From the NCBI GenBank assembly GCA_002482845.1, contig DLGT01000084.1, positions 13,157 to 77,156 of the forward strand: 64,000 nt of DNA. The letters run 5' to 3'. Shown here in pieces: positions 10,142-20,349 of this stretch. The stretch is from Saprospiraceae bacterium UBA7687 (GTDB lineage Bacteria; Bacteroidota; Bacteroidia; Chitinophagales; Saprospiraceae). A program made the translations under genes and the position numbers. The first letter of the stretch is position 1. Every line of letters starts with the position of its first letter. The notes under the pieces were generated by a model. That model worked only from the letters and a program-made list of their open reading frames with translations. It was not told where the DNA came from and did not search any database.

Positions 10142-12355
10142 TTAATTATATCCTGGATTTTGTTGTAGATTAGGGTTAACATTCATTTCCTGAACTGGAA
10201 TAGGGAATACATTCCTATATGATGGTACCTTAAGTTTATCTTTCACCGCACCAGTCATTTTCAAATCAACACCTTTCCACTCCCATACATAATCCCCATC
10301 TGAAAACTGTCCAAATCTTATGAGATCGGTCCTTCTGTGGCATTCCCAGTAAAGTTCCCTTGCTCGCTCATCTAAAATTGCTGGAAGGGTCAAATCAGAT
10401 TGATCAAAATTACCAGTTGTACCGTTGTAAGCCCTTTCTCTAACTTTATTGAAATATTCAGCAGCTTTAACTTTATTTCCACCATCTGCACCTCTAAGTA
10501 TAGCCTCTGCTGCCATAAGATAAACATCTGCCAATCTGAACATAGGGAAATCTGTATCTGGAAATTCTGTATCAGACCCTCTGGACCCCGATGAAGTAAT
10601 ATTTTTAAATTTCAGGACAGCATACCCGTTAGTAAAATCAGAGATGCTATTGATTTCTAATGTTTGCCCACTTGTATGAAAAATTCCTCTCCTATCAAAC
10701 CCTGTAGATTTCAATTGGTAGGTATAATCAGGCCTTGCAAGGTCTACAATCAAGTCATGACCTCCTGATTTTACTATATTGATAGCACCTGCACCATCAT
10801 TCAAAATACCGTCTAATTGTGGATCACCTAATGTCAACATATCATTTCCATTAGCTCTTAACACAAAGCTACCTATATTTAACTCAGATTTTATTCTAAG
10901 CATTTTTAAATCTGTATCCCAAACTAAAGGCGCTACACCGTTAGGTACAGCAGAACCCACAATACTCCAATCTCTTTTCTCTAATACGTAGGTATTATTG
11001 ACCAAGTTGGCTTTTATAAAATATAAACCTTGAGTAGATACTTTTATGTTTGCACCATTACTTTCTAAAGATCCGTCAGCGCCATTATCACCGAATTTAC
11101 CAGAACTCGGGAACCTAAATAACACGAACTCGTCATTGGCATTAAAATATTTATACCCTTCGAATATCCCATTTTGTCCAGGTCTCGATGTTAAGATATT
11201 ACTTGCATCACTACCATTAAAGCTATTTGAAGTACTAGCTACATAAATTTTTGACAGATTTGCTCCTGGATTAAAGTTTACAATTTCACCTGTTAAATCA
11301 GCTGGAAATTTGGAGACAAACTCAGGTGTAACTCTTGTTCCACCCCAACCACTTGCTACCCCTGACTTAACAGGATCGATATTACCACCTATACCTGCTC
11401 TAATGATAAATGTCATACCTCCAAAAGTTTTGGTCTGGATACCATCAAAATTAACAGGAAAGATTATCTCATTTGAGTTATGATTGTCAGCCAAAAAAAG
11501 ATTTGCATAATTTGGCTCTAAACTGTAGGAATTTGAGTTTATTACTTTTTCTGAATAAGTAAGAGATTTTTGATAATTATTTACTCCAATGTATACTTCA
11601 GAGTTTAGATATAATTTTGACAAAAGTGTCCATGCTGCGGCTTTGTTTGCTCGGCCGTAGGTACTTTTACCTTCATCAAATGCTTTAGGATCTAATAAAT
11701 CACTTTCTATCGCCAATAATTCACTTTCAATATAGGCGAAAAGTTCATTTGCATTGGTCTGTCGCGCTATATAAGTCCCTACAGGATCAGCTTCTGTTCC
11801 AAAAGGTACATTTCTAAATAAATCAAGCCCATGCCAATAACTAAGTGCTCTAATAAATCTTGCTTCTGCTCTGTAAGTTTTAATCTTTGCACGCAAATCA
11901 GCAGAAACACCACGCTCTTCAAGTTTAGCGTCTGAAGTTTGTCTTAAATATTCATTTGCTACTGCTACTTGATAAAAAATCCTACTAAAAAAAGAATACA
12001 CAAAACCATCTGCTGGTGTCCAAGATTGCCCATGAAAATCTGCAATAGTCTGATCATTCCATGCTATAACAGCTTCATCAGTTGTAAGTTCTTGGTGATA
12101 CCAATAACCTCTTATGTAATGGCTAAATCCTTCATCAATACCAGAAATATCGGGTTTACCAGCTGGCCCTTCTTGACCAGTTGTTGCAAATCCTGCATAT
12201 AACTTTGCAAGACCTTTATAGTAAGCTTCTGGAGAATCATATACAATGTCTGCACTTGTTATTGAAGGGTCTAAAGGAATAGTATCTAAATCATTAAAAC
12301 AGCTATTGAATGTTACTAATAGCACAATCGAAAGCATTATTTTTATATTTCTCAT
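10142..12355 (-). CDS. SusD/RagB-family nutrient-binding outer-membrane lipoprotein, unusually long (737 aa), with an internal insertion
   Basis: It lies immediately downstream of SusC and has the lipobox NSC. SusD-type helices are recognisable (RAEARFIRALSYWHGLDLF, FPMFRLADVYLMAAEA). The C-terminus reads QNPGYN. Confidence 0.85.
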   Translation of the reverse strand: MRNIKIMLSIVLLVTFNSCFNDLDTIPLDPSITSADIVYDSPEAYYKGLAKLYAGFATTGQEGPAGKPDISGIDEGFSHYIRGYWYHQELTTDEAVIAWNDQTIADFHGQSWTPADGFVYSFFSRIFYQVAVANEYLRQTSDAKLEERGVSADLRAKIKTYRAEARFIRALSYWHGLDLFRNVPFGTEADPVGTYIARQTNANELFAYIESELLAIESDLLDPKAFDEGKSTYGRANKAAAWTLLSKLYLNSEVYIGVNNYQKSLTYSEKVINSNSYSLEPNYANLFLADNHNSNEIIFPVNFDGIQTKTFGGMTFIIRAGIGGNIDPVKSGVASGWGGTRVTPEFVSKFPADLTGEIVNFNPGANLSKIYVASTSNSFNGSDASNILTSRPGQNGIFEGYKYFNANDEFVLFRFPSSGKFGDNGADGSLESNGANIKVSTQGLYFIKANLVNNTYVLEKRDWSIVGSAVPNGVAPLVWDTDLKMLRIKSELNIGSFVLRANGNDMLTLGDPQLDGILNDGAGAINIVKSGGHDLIVDLARPDYTYQLKSTGFDRRGIFHTSGQTLEINSISDFTNGYAVLKFKNITSSGSRGSDTEFPDTDFPMFRLADVYLMAAEAILRGADGGNKVKAAEYFNKVRERAYNGTTGNFDQSDLTLPAILDERARELYWECHRRTDLIRFGQFSDGDYVWEWKGVDLKMTGAVKDKLKVPSYRNVFPIPVQEMNVNPNLQQNPGYN

Positions 12356-12373
12356 TTTTTTGTATTTTAAATT

Positions 12374-15310
12374 TTAAAAACTTACACTTAATCCAAAAAC
12401 ATAAGTCCTTGGTCTAGGGTATGTATTATTATCTATACCATCGAATTCTTCAGGATCAAGGCCGTCATATTTTGTAATTACAAATGGATTCTGAACAGTA
12501 GTAAAAAGCCTTAAGGACTTACCTATTAAGTTGTCAAAATTATACCCAAATGTAATATGATCTATTCTAAAGAAAGATGCATTTTTTACAAAATGGTCTG
12601 AAAATGTTAAAGAAGATTGTTGCTCTACATTTAAATCCACAGCAGAAGAAGGCACGTTTGCCAAGTAGCCGGAAGATTGATACAGTCGTCCCAAATAACC
12701 TCCATCAGACTGAATGTTATTATACACATAATTACCTAAGTAAGATCGTCCAGCAAATGAAAGATCCATTTTTTTGTATCTAAAATTACTTGTTATCCCC
12801 ATACTCACTCTAGGTGCCCTTGATTGGTAAACATATTTATCCTTATCTGATACTACCCCATCTCCATTCAAATCTTCAAACTGGCCTTCTAAAATTTTTC
12901 CTGATTCATCATATAATTGTTTATATACATAAAAGGAATATGGCTGATTACCTGAAGATAATATTTGTATATTACTGCCTACCCCTCCAGATATTCCACC
13001 TAAAAATACATCAGTCGGAAAATCTGTAACTTCTGCTTTGTTGTATCCAATATTGTAAGCTATATCCCATGATATTTTTTCATTCAGAATAGGTGTAGCA
13101 TTTAGTGACAATTCAACACCTCTACTTTCCATATTACCCAAATTGATATTACCAAAATTCGATAAATTTTGTAAAGCTGGCAAATTAACATAAGCTAATG
13201 CATCTTTTGCATAACGTTGATATCCTTCAATCGTACCTGAAAGTCTGTTTTTGATAATACTGAAGTCAAATGCCAAATTGTAAGTTGTATTTTCTTCCCA
13301 TTTTATTAATTCATTGTAAGCTTCAGGCCTTAAAGATGCAATATAATCATCTCCTAATTGATAGTATGCAGTATTTTGGGCTCCGAGATAAGTACCAAGA
13401 TGCACATAATAGTTCCCAATATCTTGTTGACCAGTAAGACCATAACCTAATCTTACTTTTAGTTTATCAAAATATTTATTGTTGTTATCTAAAAGTCTAT
13501 AAGCGACAGCTGCAGCAGGGAAATAACCAGACCTAGCATCTTGGCTAAAACGGGAAGTATGATCATTTCTTAATGAAAAAGTAAATAAAAAATTATCTCC
13601 ATAAGAATAATTTATTCTTGTAAATAGAGCCAATAAATATAATTCACCTTTAGCGTCTGGTTTATCCAGATTTTTTGTTCCAGAAGAATTATTATTCTTA
13701 CTTTCATTTAAATAATAAAATCTTTGCCAAGAGTACCCTCCCATTACATCTAACCCATGTATCCCGATTTTCTTATTATAATTTAAGAAAAACTCAAGCA
13801 GTTTATTGTTTTTTGTATTTCGATAACTATTATTTACTCCACCTCCTAATATATCATCAAAAGCGAATGAAGCAAAATTAGGTATAACCACAGTACCACT
13901 TCCTTTTGAAAAATCAAGACCCAAATTTAAATTGGCTCTTAGATCTTTAAGGAAAGGTAAACGATAATCAGCGGCAATATTACCAATGAATTGATTAACT
14001 GTGGAATTATCATCCCTAAGGTTTAATAATGCTAATGGGTTAGTGGGAGCAAGACCATTTGGATTACCGTTGTCAATCGTCCATGTTGTGTATCCACCAT
14101 AGGGACTATTTTGGTCGTAAACAGGCTTTGTTGGGTCAAAAGAAATAGCATTACCTATAGCCCCTTGATCTGCAAAATGATTTTGGGACTGCATAGCTTT
14201 GGCTTGGACTTTAACTTGCAAAGTATTATCAAAAAAACCTGGAGTAAGGTTTAAGCCAAGTGTTTTTCTATTAAAATTGTCTGTTTTAAGAAGACCATTT
14301 TTATCTGTATAGCCTAATGATAATCTATAAGGTACAATACCAACACCACCTGCAAAAGTAAGATTATGGTCATGACCAACTGCTTTCTGATAAATTTCAT
14401 TTTGCCAATCAGTATTCTCATTTCCTAAAAGACCTAATGCACTTTCAGGTATTTTTTGATCAATGACCCTTTGTGTTATCTGATTTCTAAATTCTTCTGC
14501 TGATAGAATGTCTAGTCTATTTCTAGTTTCACTCACTGAAACATTTCCAGAGTAGGTTATGCCAAGTTTTCCGCCCAGCGTTCCCTTTTTTGTTGTAATC
14601 AGAATAACGCCTCCGGAAGCACGATTTCCATAAATAGCTGCTGCTGATGCATCCTTTAATACAGTAAACGTTTCAATGTCATTCGGATTTATAATGTTCA
14701 AAACATTTCTATTGCCTCCAACAGCAGAATTATCAATAGGAACGCCATCTATCACAATTAATGGGTCATTTGTTGCCGAAATGGAAGATTCTCCACGAAT
14801 TCTAATAGCTGACCCACCACCAGGACTACCATCAGTTGAAATTGTAACTCCCGCAACTTTACCTGCAAGTAGTTCTTGAGGCCCCGTAATGGCACCTCGA
14901 TTAAAATTAGATGCATTTACAGTTTGAACAGATCCTGTAGCGTCTTCTTTTTTGACAGTACCATAACCTATCACTACTATATCTTGTAGGATCTGGCCAG
15001 CAGATAAAGATACATTAATAGTATTACGACCTTCGATTAACTCTTCTTGAGAATTGTAACCTGTGTAGCTGAATACCAATGTTTTGGTTCCAGGAGCTAC
15101 TTCATACGTAAAAGAACCATCTAAGTCTGTTATTGTACCAGACGTGGAAACTTCTTTACTTACAATGTTGGCTCCTATGAGTGGCTCACCCGTTTGGGCA
15201 TCGGTGACAACTCCACTTATTACCTGTTGCGCAGATATGATGTGCGTAAAGGCAAAGAAAATCACTATAAAACCTAATGATTTCACAACTTTTGTAAAAA
15301 TGCTTTGCAT
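12374..15310 (-). CDS. SusC/RagA-family TonB-linked outer-membrane transporter
   Basis: N-terminal carboxypeptidase-regulatory-like domain (VISGVVTDAQTGEPLIGANI), a plug (AAAIYGNRASGGVILITTKKG), and a C-terminal beta-barrel ending in F. Confidence 0.9.
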   Translation of the reverse strand: MQSIFTKVVKSLGFIVIFFAFTHIISAQQVISGVVTDAQTGEPLIGANIVSKEVSTSGTITDLDGSFTYEVAPGTKTLVFSYTGYNSQEELIEGRNTINVSLSAGQILQDIVVIGYGTVKKEDATGSVQTVNASNFNRGAITGPQELLAGKVAGVTISTDGSPGGGSAIRIRGESSISATNDPLIVIDGVPIDNSAVGGNRNVLNIINPNDIETFTVLKDASAAAIYGNRASGGVILITTKKGTLGGKLGITYSGNVSVSETRNRLDILSAEEFRNQITQRVIDQKIPESALGLLGNENTDWQNEIYQKAVGHDHNLTFAGGVGIVPYRLSLGYTDKNGLLKTDNFNRKTLGLNLTPGFFDNTLQVKVQAKAMQSQNHFADQGAIGNAISFDPTKPVYDQNSPYGGYTTWTIDNGNPNGLAPTNPLALLNLRDDNSTVNQFIGNIAADYRLPFLKDLRANLNLGLDFSKGSGTVVIPNFASFAFDDILGGGVNNSYRNTKNNKLLEFFLNYNKKIGIHGLDVMGGYSWQRFYYLNESKNNNSSGTKNLDKPDAKGELYLLALFTRINYSYGDNFLFTFSLRNDHTSRFSQDARSGYFPAAAVAYRLLDNNNKYFDKLKVRLGYGLTGQQDIGNYYVHLGTYLGAQNTAYYQLGDDYIASLRPEAYNELIKWEENTTYNLAFDFSIIKNRLSGTIEGYQRYAKDALAYVNLPALQNLSNFGNINLGNMESRGVELSLNATPILNEKISWDIAYNIGYNKAEVTDFPTDVFLGGISGGVGSNIQILSSGNQPYSFYVYKQLYDESGKILEGQFEDLNGDGVVSDKDKYVYQSRAPRVSMGITSNFRYKKMDLSFAGRSYLGNYVYNNIQSDGGYLGRLYQSSGYLANVPSSAVDLNVEQQSSLTFSDHFVKNASFFRIDHITFGYNFDNLIGKSLRLFTTVQNPFVITKYDGLDPEEFDGIDNNTYPRPRTYVFGLSVSF

Positions 15311-15508
15311 GTGGCTATTCTTTTAATGAAAATAAAGGTAAAATTAATAATTGTTTTTACTTTGTGTCTATTTAACATTAACTTTTTTTAGGTTAATTAT
15401 AATTATTCAATTCATACATGATAAATTAGTATTTACCTTTTGTTGATTCAGGCTTCTAGGCCTATTAAAAGTCTTGCTTCAACCTAAAAGTATAGAAGGT
15501 TTTACAAC

Positions 15509-15618
15509 TGAGTTCCTATGGAGTAAGTATGGAGTTCCATCGGAGTTCATACGGAGTTCCTATTTAGTTCCATCGGGTCAACGTCGAGAGAAGGTCGGGG
15601 GAAGGTCGGGAGAAGCGT
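15509..15618. repeat. Degenerate 11-nt tandem repeat, 10 units, GC-enriched
   Basis: The units are tgagttcctat, ggagtaagtat, ggagttccatc, ggagttcatac, ggagttcctat, ttagttccatc, gggtcaacgtc, gagagaaggtc, gggggaaggtc, gggagaagcgt. The register is a strict 11 nt and the array is followed by T6. Confidence 0.8.
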
Positions 15619-15862
15619 TTTTTCTTAGTAGCACTTGGCAAGTACAAAATAGCTAATTTATTGCATTTTAACCAATCTGTCAGACGTTATAGAGAATCAT
15701 CCAACTTAAAGCTTTTTGATTGAAATTTAAGATCAAATTTAGATATAAAATATGAGATAAAAGACCATTAGTCACTTATTTCTTTTATTAAAATTGGCTA
15801 GAAAATATTTCCATTTAAATGTATACTGAAGTAATGTTGTAAAGAATATAATCTTGACAAAT

Positions 15863-15894
15863 AAAAAAGGCCACCCATATTGCTATGGATGACC
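15863..15894 (-). terminator. Rho-independent terminator of the 1460-aa T9SS gene
   Basis: The minus strand reads GGTCATCCATA-gcaa-TATGGGTGGCC followed by T6. Confidence 0.7.
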
Positions 15895-15924
15895 CAACTT
15901 TAGCGGTAAATCGTGTTGTCTAAT

Positions 15925-18900
15925 TTATCTTACAATCACTTTTTCAAGATGATTATTGTTTTTTGTGATGATGCTGATGACATACATTCCTGGTATAAGA
16001 CTGTAAATGGAGATATTTCGTTGGTCAGCATCATTACTGTATTGGTAATTTTGTATTTGTTTACCCATATTATCGCGAATCAAAACATTTAGTATGGCTT
16101 CTTGACTTGAAATGGTAAACTCACCTTGGTTTGGATTAGGGAAAATTCTAATGTTGTTTACCAAGATTTGTGATGTAGATGATGTAATGAAGGTCACACA
16201 TTCCGTGACCGTCTTACAGAAATCTCCCGTAATCACAGCATAATAGCTTCCTGTCAGTTCTGGTAGAAAAGAAGGCACAGATGTGGTCGCTATTAAGGCA
16301 TTGGAACCACAATCAAACCATTCATAGACTGTACCTTCAGCATTAACTTGGATAGTTTGGTCTTGGATCCAAATAGCTTCAAGTGGGCAAGGTAGTGCAT
16401 CGACGATGGTATTTCTAACTTGATTGGTAATAATTGGTGGATTTTGATCAAAAATAATTTCACCTATATTTAATATGACGGAACCTTGTTCAATATCGGG
16501 TAAACTAGAAAATGAAAATGACACAAATCCTTGACTTTCTATTAAATTGGAAGCAGTATCAGGTAAAATAATATCATTATGTTCAAAGATTAAGGTATCT
16601 CCCGAAATGTAGGTGTCGACTTCGTGACTAGATGCATTTAAGATTAGACTTTTTTTATCAAGACCTGGGTCAAGTACATCTATGATTTTGACATAAAATG
16701 CAGTGTCATTTCCATTGTTTTGGAACCTGATGGTATAATCTATTCTTTCAGATCTTAGGGTATAGTTATCTTCCCCTATCCTATCCGGCCAACTACGTTT
16801 GTCATTCGGGTCATAGCTACATCTGATGATGTCTGTATATTTGAATTGCGAAATTGTATCTCCTTTTAATGATATCAAATAACCTAAGAAAGTCAATGTA
16901 TCAAATTCAAAAGAAGGACCAGGAATATCTACTTCCATAAAGGTTTTAAATTGTTCCCCTGGATTTAAATCTTGGAAAGACCACTCAAATCTATTGTTCC
17001 CCTGGATGTTAGGCATTGGCGAAGCAAAATTTGAACTTGTTTTGTCATCAATCACAACCACAAATCTACCTGAGCTTTTGGCACTACCCGTATTCTTTAT
17101 ATATGCGTGTAATCGTGTTGTCAAATTGCATCTTAGCCAAGTCGGGTTTATTATCGCCTTACCCATTATAATGGATGTATCAGGTATTAAACCTACAGTA
17201 TCAATTTCCACAGCTTGATTTAATTGGATATTTTTAATGACAGGAGCGTTTAACCATTGGCCAAATGGCATCTGATATCTCAGTTCATAGGCTCCAGTAT
17301 CAAGTCTTACGACAAGATTTCCCAAGCTATTTGTTATGCCATTAAAATTCTCACCAGTGACAGAGACATTACAATTTGGTAATCTGCTATCTTCATTTGC
17401 ATCATACATCCCGTTTCCATTATTGTCTACAAAGCTAAATATATAAAGATCACTTCTAATAGCCGCAGGATCGCAATCCGTATTTTTAACTGTAACTGTA
17501 ATAGGTTTTGTTGCACAGTTTTGTCCTTGTTGTATTAATGTGGATGTTCCTACGCTTAATCCTGTAACAAGTCCTGAATTGGTGATTGTAGCAACTGAAG
17601 GGTTTGAGCTTGACCAAAAACCTCCTGTAGTAGGTATAACTGTGGTAGTTTCACCGATACATATCTCAGAAGGCCCTGTGAAAAATGCTGGTATTCTATC
17701 ACGCACCGTAATTTTTTCTGTGGCTAAAGATGTACAACCTGTAGATGTACTTGTAAAGACGAAATTAACAGTGCCAGGGTTTATTCCAGTCACAAGCCCA
17801 GCATTAGATACTGAACCAACAGATGGATTACTTCCTGACCAAGTACCGCCTGAACTTGGCGATAACATGGTGGTATATCCTGTACAAATTTCATCACTAC
17901 CCGTAATAGATACAACAGGAAGTTCTACTTCAGTAATGATTTGAGTAGTTGCAGCTGTACATCCATTTGCATCAGTGACCGTCACACCTGCTTGAGTTGG
18001 TACATTGATTCTTACTTGTGGAGTTGTTTCGGTATTAGTCCACACATAAGCAACACCACCAGTTGCTGTCAGCAATGCAGATCCACCTGAACAAGAAGAT
18101 GTGTCGCCTACTATTTTTGCGATTGGATTTGCGAATACATTTTTCTCATCAGTTGTGTTCAAACAAGAAGTACCTGCAAAATTATAACTAAAAGTTACAA
18201 TACCTGGTTGTATCGCCGTGATTCGACCAGCAGACGTCACAATCGCAATAGTCGGATCACTGCTGATCCAGTTGGTAGCATTTGGGTTCGTATTATTAAA
18301 TGTTTGATCTACACAGAAAGAAAAAGGCAAGGGCACATTTAGTTTTGGATAAACTGTCACATTAAACGTGTCTCGATAAAACTTACAATCTACTTTGTTT
18401 ACAACCGATGTCGCTACATATTTTTGTACTTGGACAACATTGGATAAATTCACCAATGTATCATCAATGATTCCTTGGTTATTGATAAAATAATGACTTT
18501 TAGTTCCTGAAATCAATGGATTAGGAATAGCTACTGCATCTATATTAAAAGAATCTGGCAAATCAACAAACAACTCCAAATTCATGGCAGTATTGGAGCA
18601 AACTTCACTATTGACATCACCCATCACATTGGGAGTATTGGTATCTTCACAAATAATTTTCCATTTTGGTCCTTTCTGTGCAAAGTCGATTTTACATTCA
18701 GCAACAGGATCGTTCCAGCAACCTGTGACACCAGCAGAAGTGGTCTGAAAGTTAACATGCAAATCTGAATAAGCTTCAAAATTATCTACTGGGAAGGATT
18801 CTTTGACTTTCATATTAAAACAAAAATGTATGTCTGCAACGACTGAACTCAATCCATAATGTTTTGACGGCAAACAACTTTCCATGTCATCTGGATTTAC

Positions 18901-20307
18901 ATCTCTATTCCAAAACCAACCTCCTGGCAAGATAGCTCCACGTTTTATAGGTGCAGAACAAGGGCAATTATCTGTGAAGGTGTTACAAATCTTTAGTGTT
19001 TGGGATAAAGAATCAAAGTAAGTACACAAAATTGGCAATTGTTCAGTAGCATAAGCAGCACACAGAGAGTCGGTTGGAGCGTGCCAAGTCACAGAATCGG
19101 GTGTAAGCGTCACCGCCATTGGATCAAAAGCATCCAAATCCCATCCTAAACCGAAATCAGGGATGATGCCGTGAAGTCCGTCTGATCCTGATTCAGATGC
19201 ATCATATTCAAAATCAAGACAAATAGTAACTGACTCCCCTATTTCAAAAAGGGGATCGTCTAGAGATCGATTTGAGCTTCGTTGAGATATACTAAATTCT
19301 GTTACTGTTGGTGATTGAGCATCATCTCCAATGCATCGAACACAACCTGAAGCTTGATTTATACTTAAATTGAAATAAGGATCATCAATTATTCCTTCAC
19401 CACTTACTGCAATGTAATATCTAGTAATCCCTTTCTCAACTGCAATTCCATGACCACCATTTGAGTCAGAATTCGCGCATGGCGTAGGAAACCAAGGTGG
19501 ACCACTATCAACCACCGTCAAATTATCGCATGTTCCTTTATAAATTGCTAAATTCGGTTTCCAACTTCCATTTGTTGTTATATAAGTGAAAAGCTGTGTT
19601 GCGTAGGTATCCACTTCGACTTCAAACCAAATAGTAGGATTTACATCGGCACCACAAGTATTTATAATCGTTTCTGGACATCCAAAAGCTAAGCAGCCTG
19701 CAACCTCAGTTGTAGATGCAGGTCCACAGTTTATATCAACAGGAGCAAATGTAATAATACTAGATACATCCACACAATCATCATCTGCTGCACAATTGCC
19801 TTGATAAGAAGGAGTCAATGAAATACTAAAATTATTACAAAAGCCGTCTTTATTGGAAACTTTAAACCAAATAGTTTCTCCTGGCGAATAGCAACCTAAG
19901 TTGAGTGGTCTATAATTGTCCCCACAATTGTAAGAACCCGAGTTAAACAAATTTGATGAAGGTGTTGTGTTTGTTCCCGAATAAATCTCCAAAGACATAT
20001 TTTCATCAAATTCATTTCCACCTAAAACAAACATATTGGCAGCAATCCAATCTTCTTGACCAGTCACATACCTAAACCAAACACTATTATGTTGAAATTC
20101 AGATCCACATTCGGTATTAGGAAGGTCTGATGCATTATCATCATTATACCCTGATGCACAACAAGTAGTCGCTACGATTCCATTATTATTTATCGTTAGC
20201 AAAAAAGCATCAGAATAATGGTCATTATCAGGTGGAGGACATTGAGCTTTTAATATAAAAGCCTGAAGCACACTTAAACATAACAGAAGTAGATGTCTTA
20301 ATTTCAT
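15925..20307 (-). CDS. Giant Cys-rich secreted protein with Big_2-like Ig repeats and a T9SS type-A C-terminal domain
   Basis: Signal peptide MKLRHLLLLCLSVLQAFILKAQ, four Ig-like repeats (..SSDPTIAIVTSAGRITA.., ..SNPSVGSVSNAGLVTG.., ..SNPSVATITNSGLVTG..), a DUF11-like module (DYTIRFQNNGNDTAFYV), and the CTD 'IFPNPNQGEFTI..'. Confidence 0.8.
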   Translation of the reverse strand: MKLRHLLLLCLSVLQAFILKAQCPPPDNDHYSDAFLLTINNNGIVATTCCASGYNDDNASDLPNTECGSEFQHNSVWFRYVTGQEDWIAANMFVLGGNEFDENMSLEIYSGTNTTPSSNLFNSGSYNCGDNYRPLNLGCYSPGETIWFKVSNKDGFCNNFSISLTPSYQGNCAADDDCVDVSSIITFAPVDINCGPASTTEVAGCLAFGCPETIINTCGADVNPTIWFEVEVDTYATQLFTYITTNGSWKPNLAIYKGTCDNLTVVDSGPPWFPTPCANSDSNGGHGIAVEKGITRYYIAVSGEGIIDDPYFNLSINQASGCVRCIGDDAQSPTVTEFSISQRSSNRSLDDPLFEIGESVTICLDFEYDASESGSDGLHGIIPDFGLGWDLDAFDPMAVTLTPDSVTWHAPTDSLCAAYATEQLPILCTYFDSLSQTLKICNTFTDNCPCSAPIKRGAILPGGWFWNRDVNPDDMESCLPSKHYGLSSVVADIHFCFNMKVKESFPVDNFEAYSDLHVNFQTTSAGVTGCWNDPVAECKIDFAQKGPKWKIICEDTNTPNVMGDVNSEVCSNTAMNLELFVDLPDSFNIDAVAIPNPLISGTKSHYFINNQGIIDDTLVNLSNVVQVQKYVATSVVNKVDCKFYRDTFNVTVYPKLNVPLPFSFCVDQTFNNTNPNATNWISSDPTIAIVTSAGRITAIQPGIVTFSYNFAGTSCLNTTDEKNVFANPIAKIVGDTSSCSGGSALLTATGGVAYVWTNTETTPQVRINVPTQAGVTVTDANGCTAATTQIITEVELPVVSITGSDEICTGYTTMLSPSSGGTWSGSNPSVGSVSNAGLVTGINPGTVNFVFTSTSTGCTSLATEKITVRDRIPAFFTGPSEICIGETTTVIPTTGGFWSSSNPSVATITNSGLVTGLSVGTSTLIQQGQNCATKPITVTVKNTDCDPAAIRSDLYIFSFVDNNGNGMYDANEDSRLPNCNVSVTGENFNGITNSLGNLVVRLDTGAYELRYQMPFGQWLNAPVIKNIQLNQAVEIDTVGLIPDTSIIMGKAIINPTWLRCNLTTRLHAYIKNTGSAKSSGRFVVVIDDKTSSNFASPMPNIQGNNRFEWSFQDLNPGEQFKTFMEVDIPGPSFEFDTLTFLGYLISLKGDTISQFKYTDIIRCSYDPNDKRSWPDRIGEDNYTLRSERIDYTIRFQNNGNDTAFYVKIIDVLDPGLDKKSLILNASSHEVDTYISGDTLIFEHNDIILPDTASNLIESQGFVSFSFSSLPDIEQGSVILNIGEIIFDQNPPIITNQVRNTIVDALPCPLEAIWIQDQTIQVNAEGTVYEWFDCGSNALIATTSVPSFLPELTGSYYAVITGDFCKTVTECVTFITSSTSQILVNNIRIFPNPNQGEFTISSQEAILNVLIRDNMGKQIQNYQYSNDADQRNISIYSLIPGMYVISIITKNNNHLEKVIVR

Positions 20308-20349
20308 TTTTTAATATTTTGGAGTTTATAAAAAGGTAATAAAGTCTTA

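Noticed and set aside
15474-15656. 60-aa ORF in the susC upstream region.
   Set aside because: Its sequence (..EF..EF..) is simply the translation of the 11-nt tandem repeat. It has no start context and no plausible protein features.
17540-17944. Antisense and shadow ORFs inside long genes. Examples: 17540-17944, 16994-17218, 22837-23139, 3463-3891, 6991-7290, 8441-8746, 32526-32810, 41078-41326, 45505-45780 and 46603-46911.
   Set aside because: Each lies wholly within a well-supported gene on the other strand or in another frame. They have low-complexity or odd composition and no recognisable motif, which is typical of shadow ORFs.
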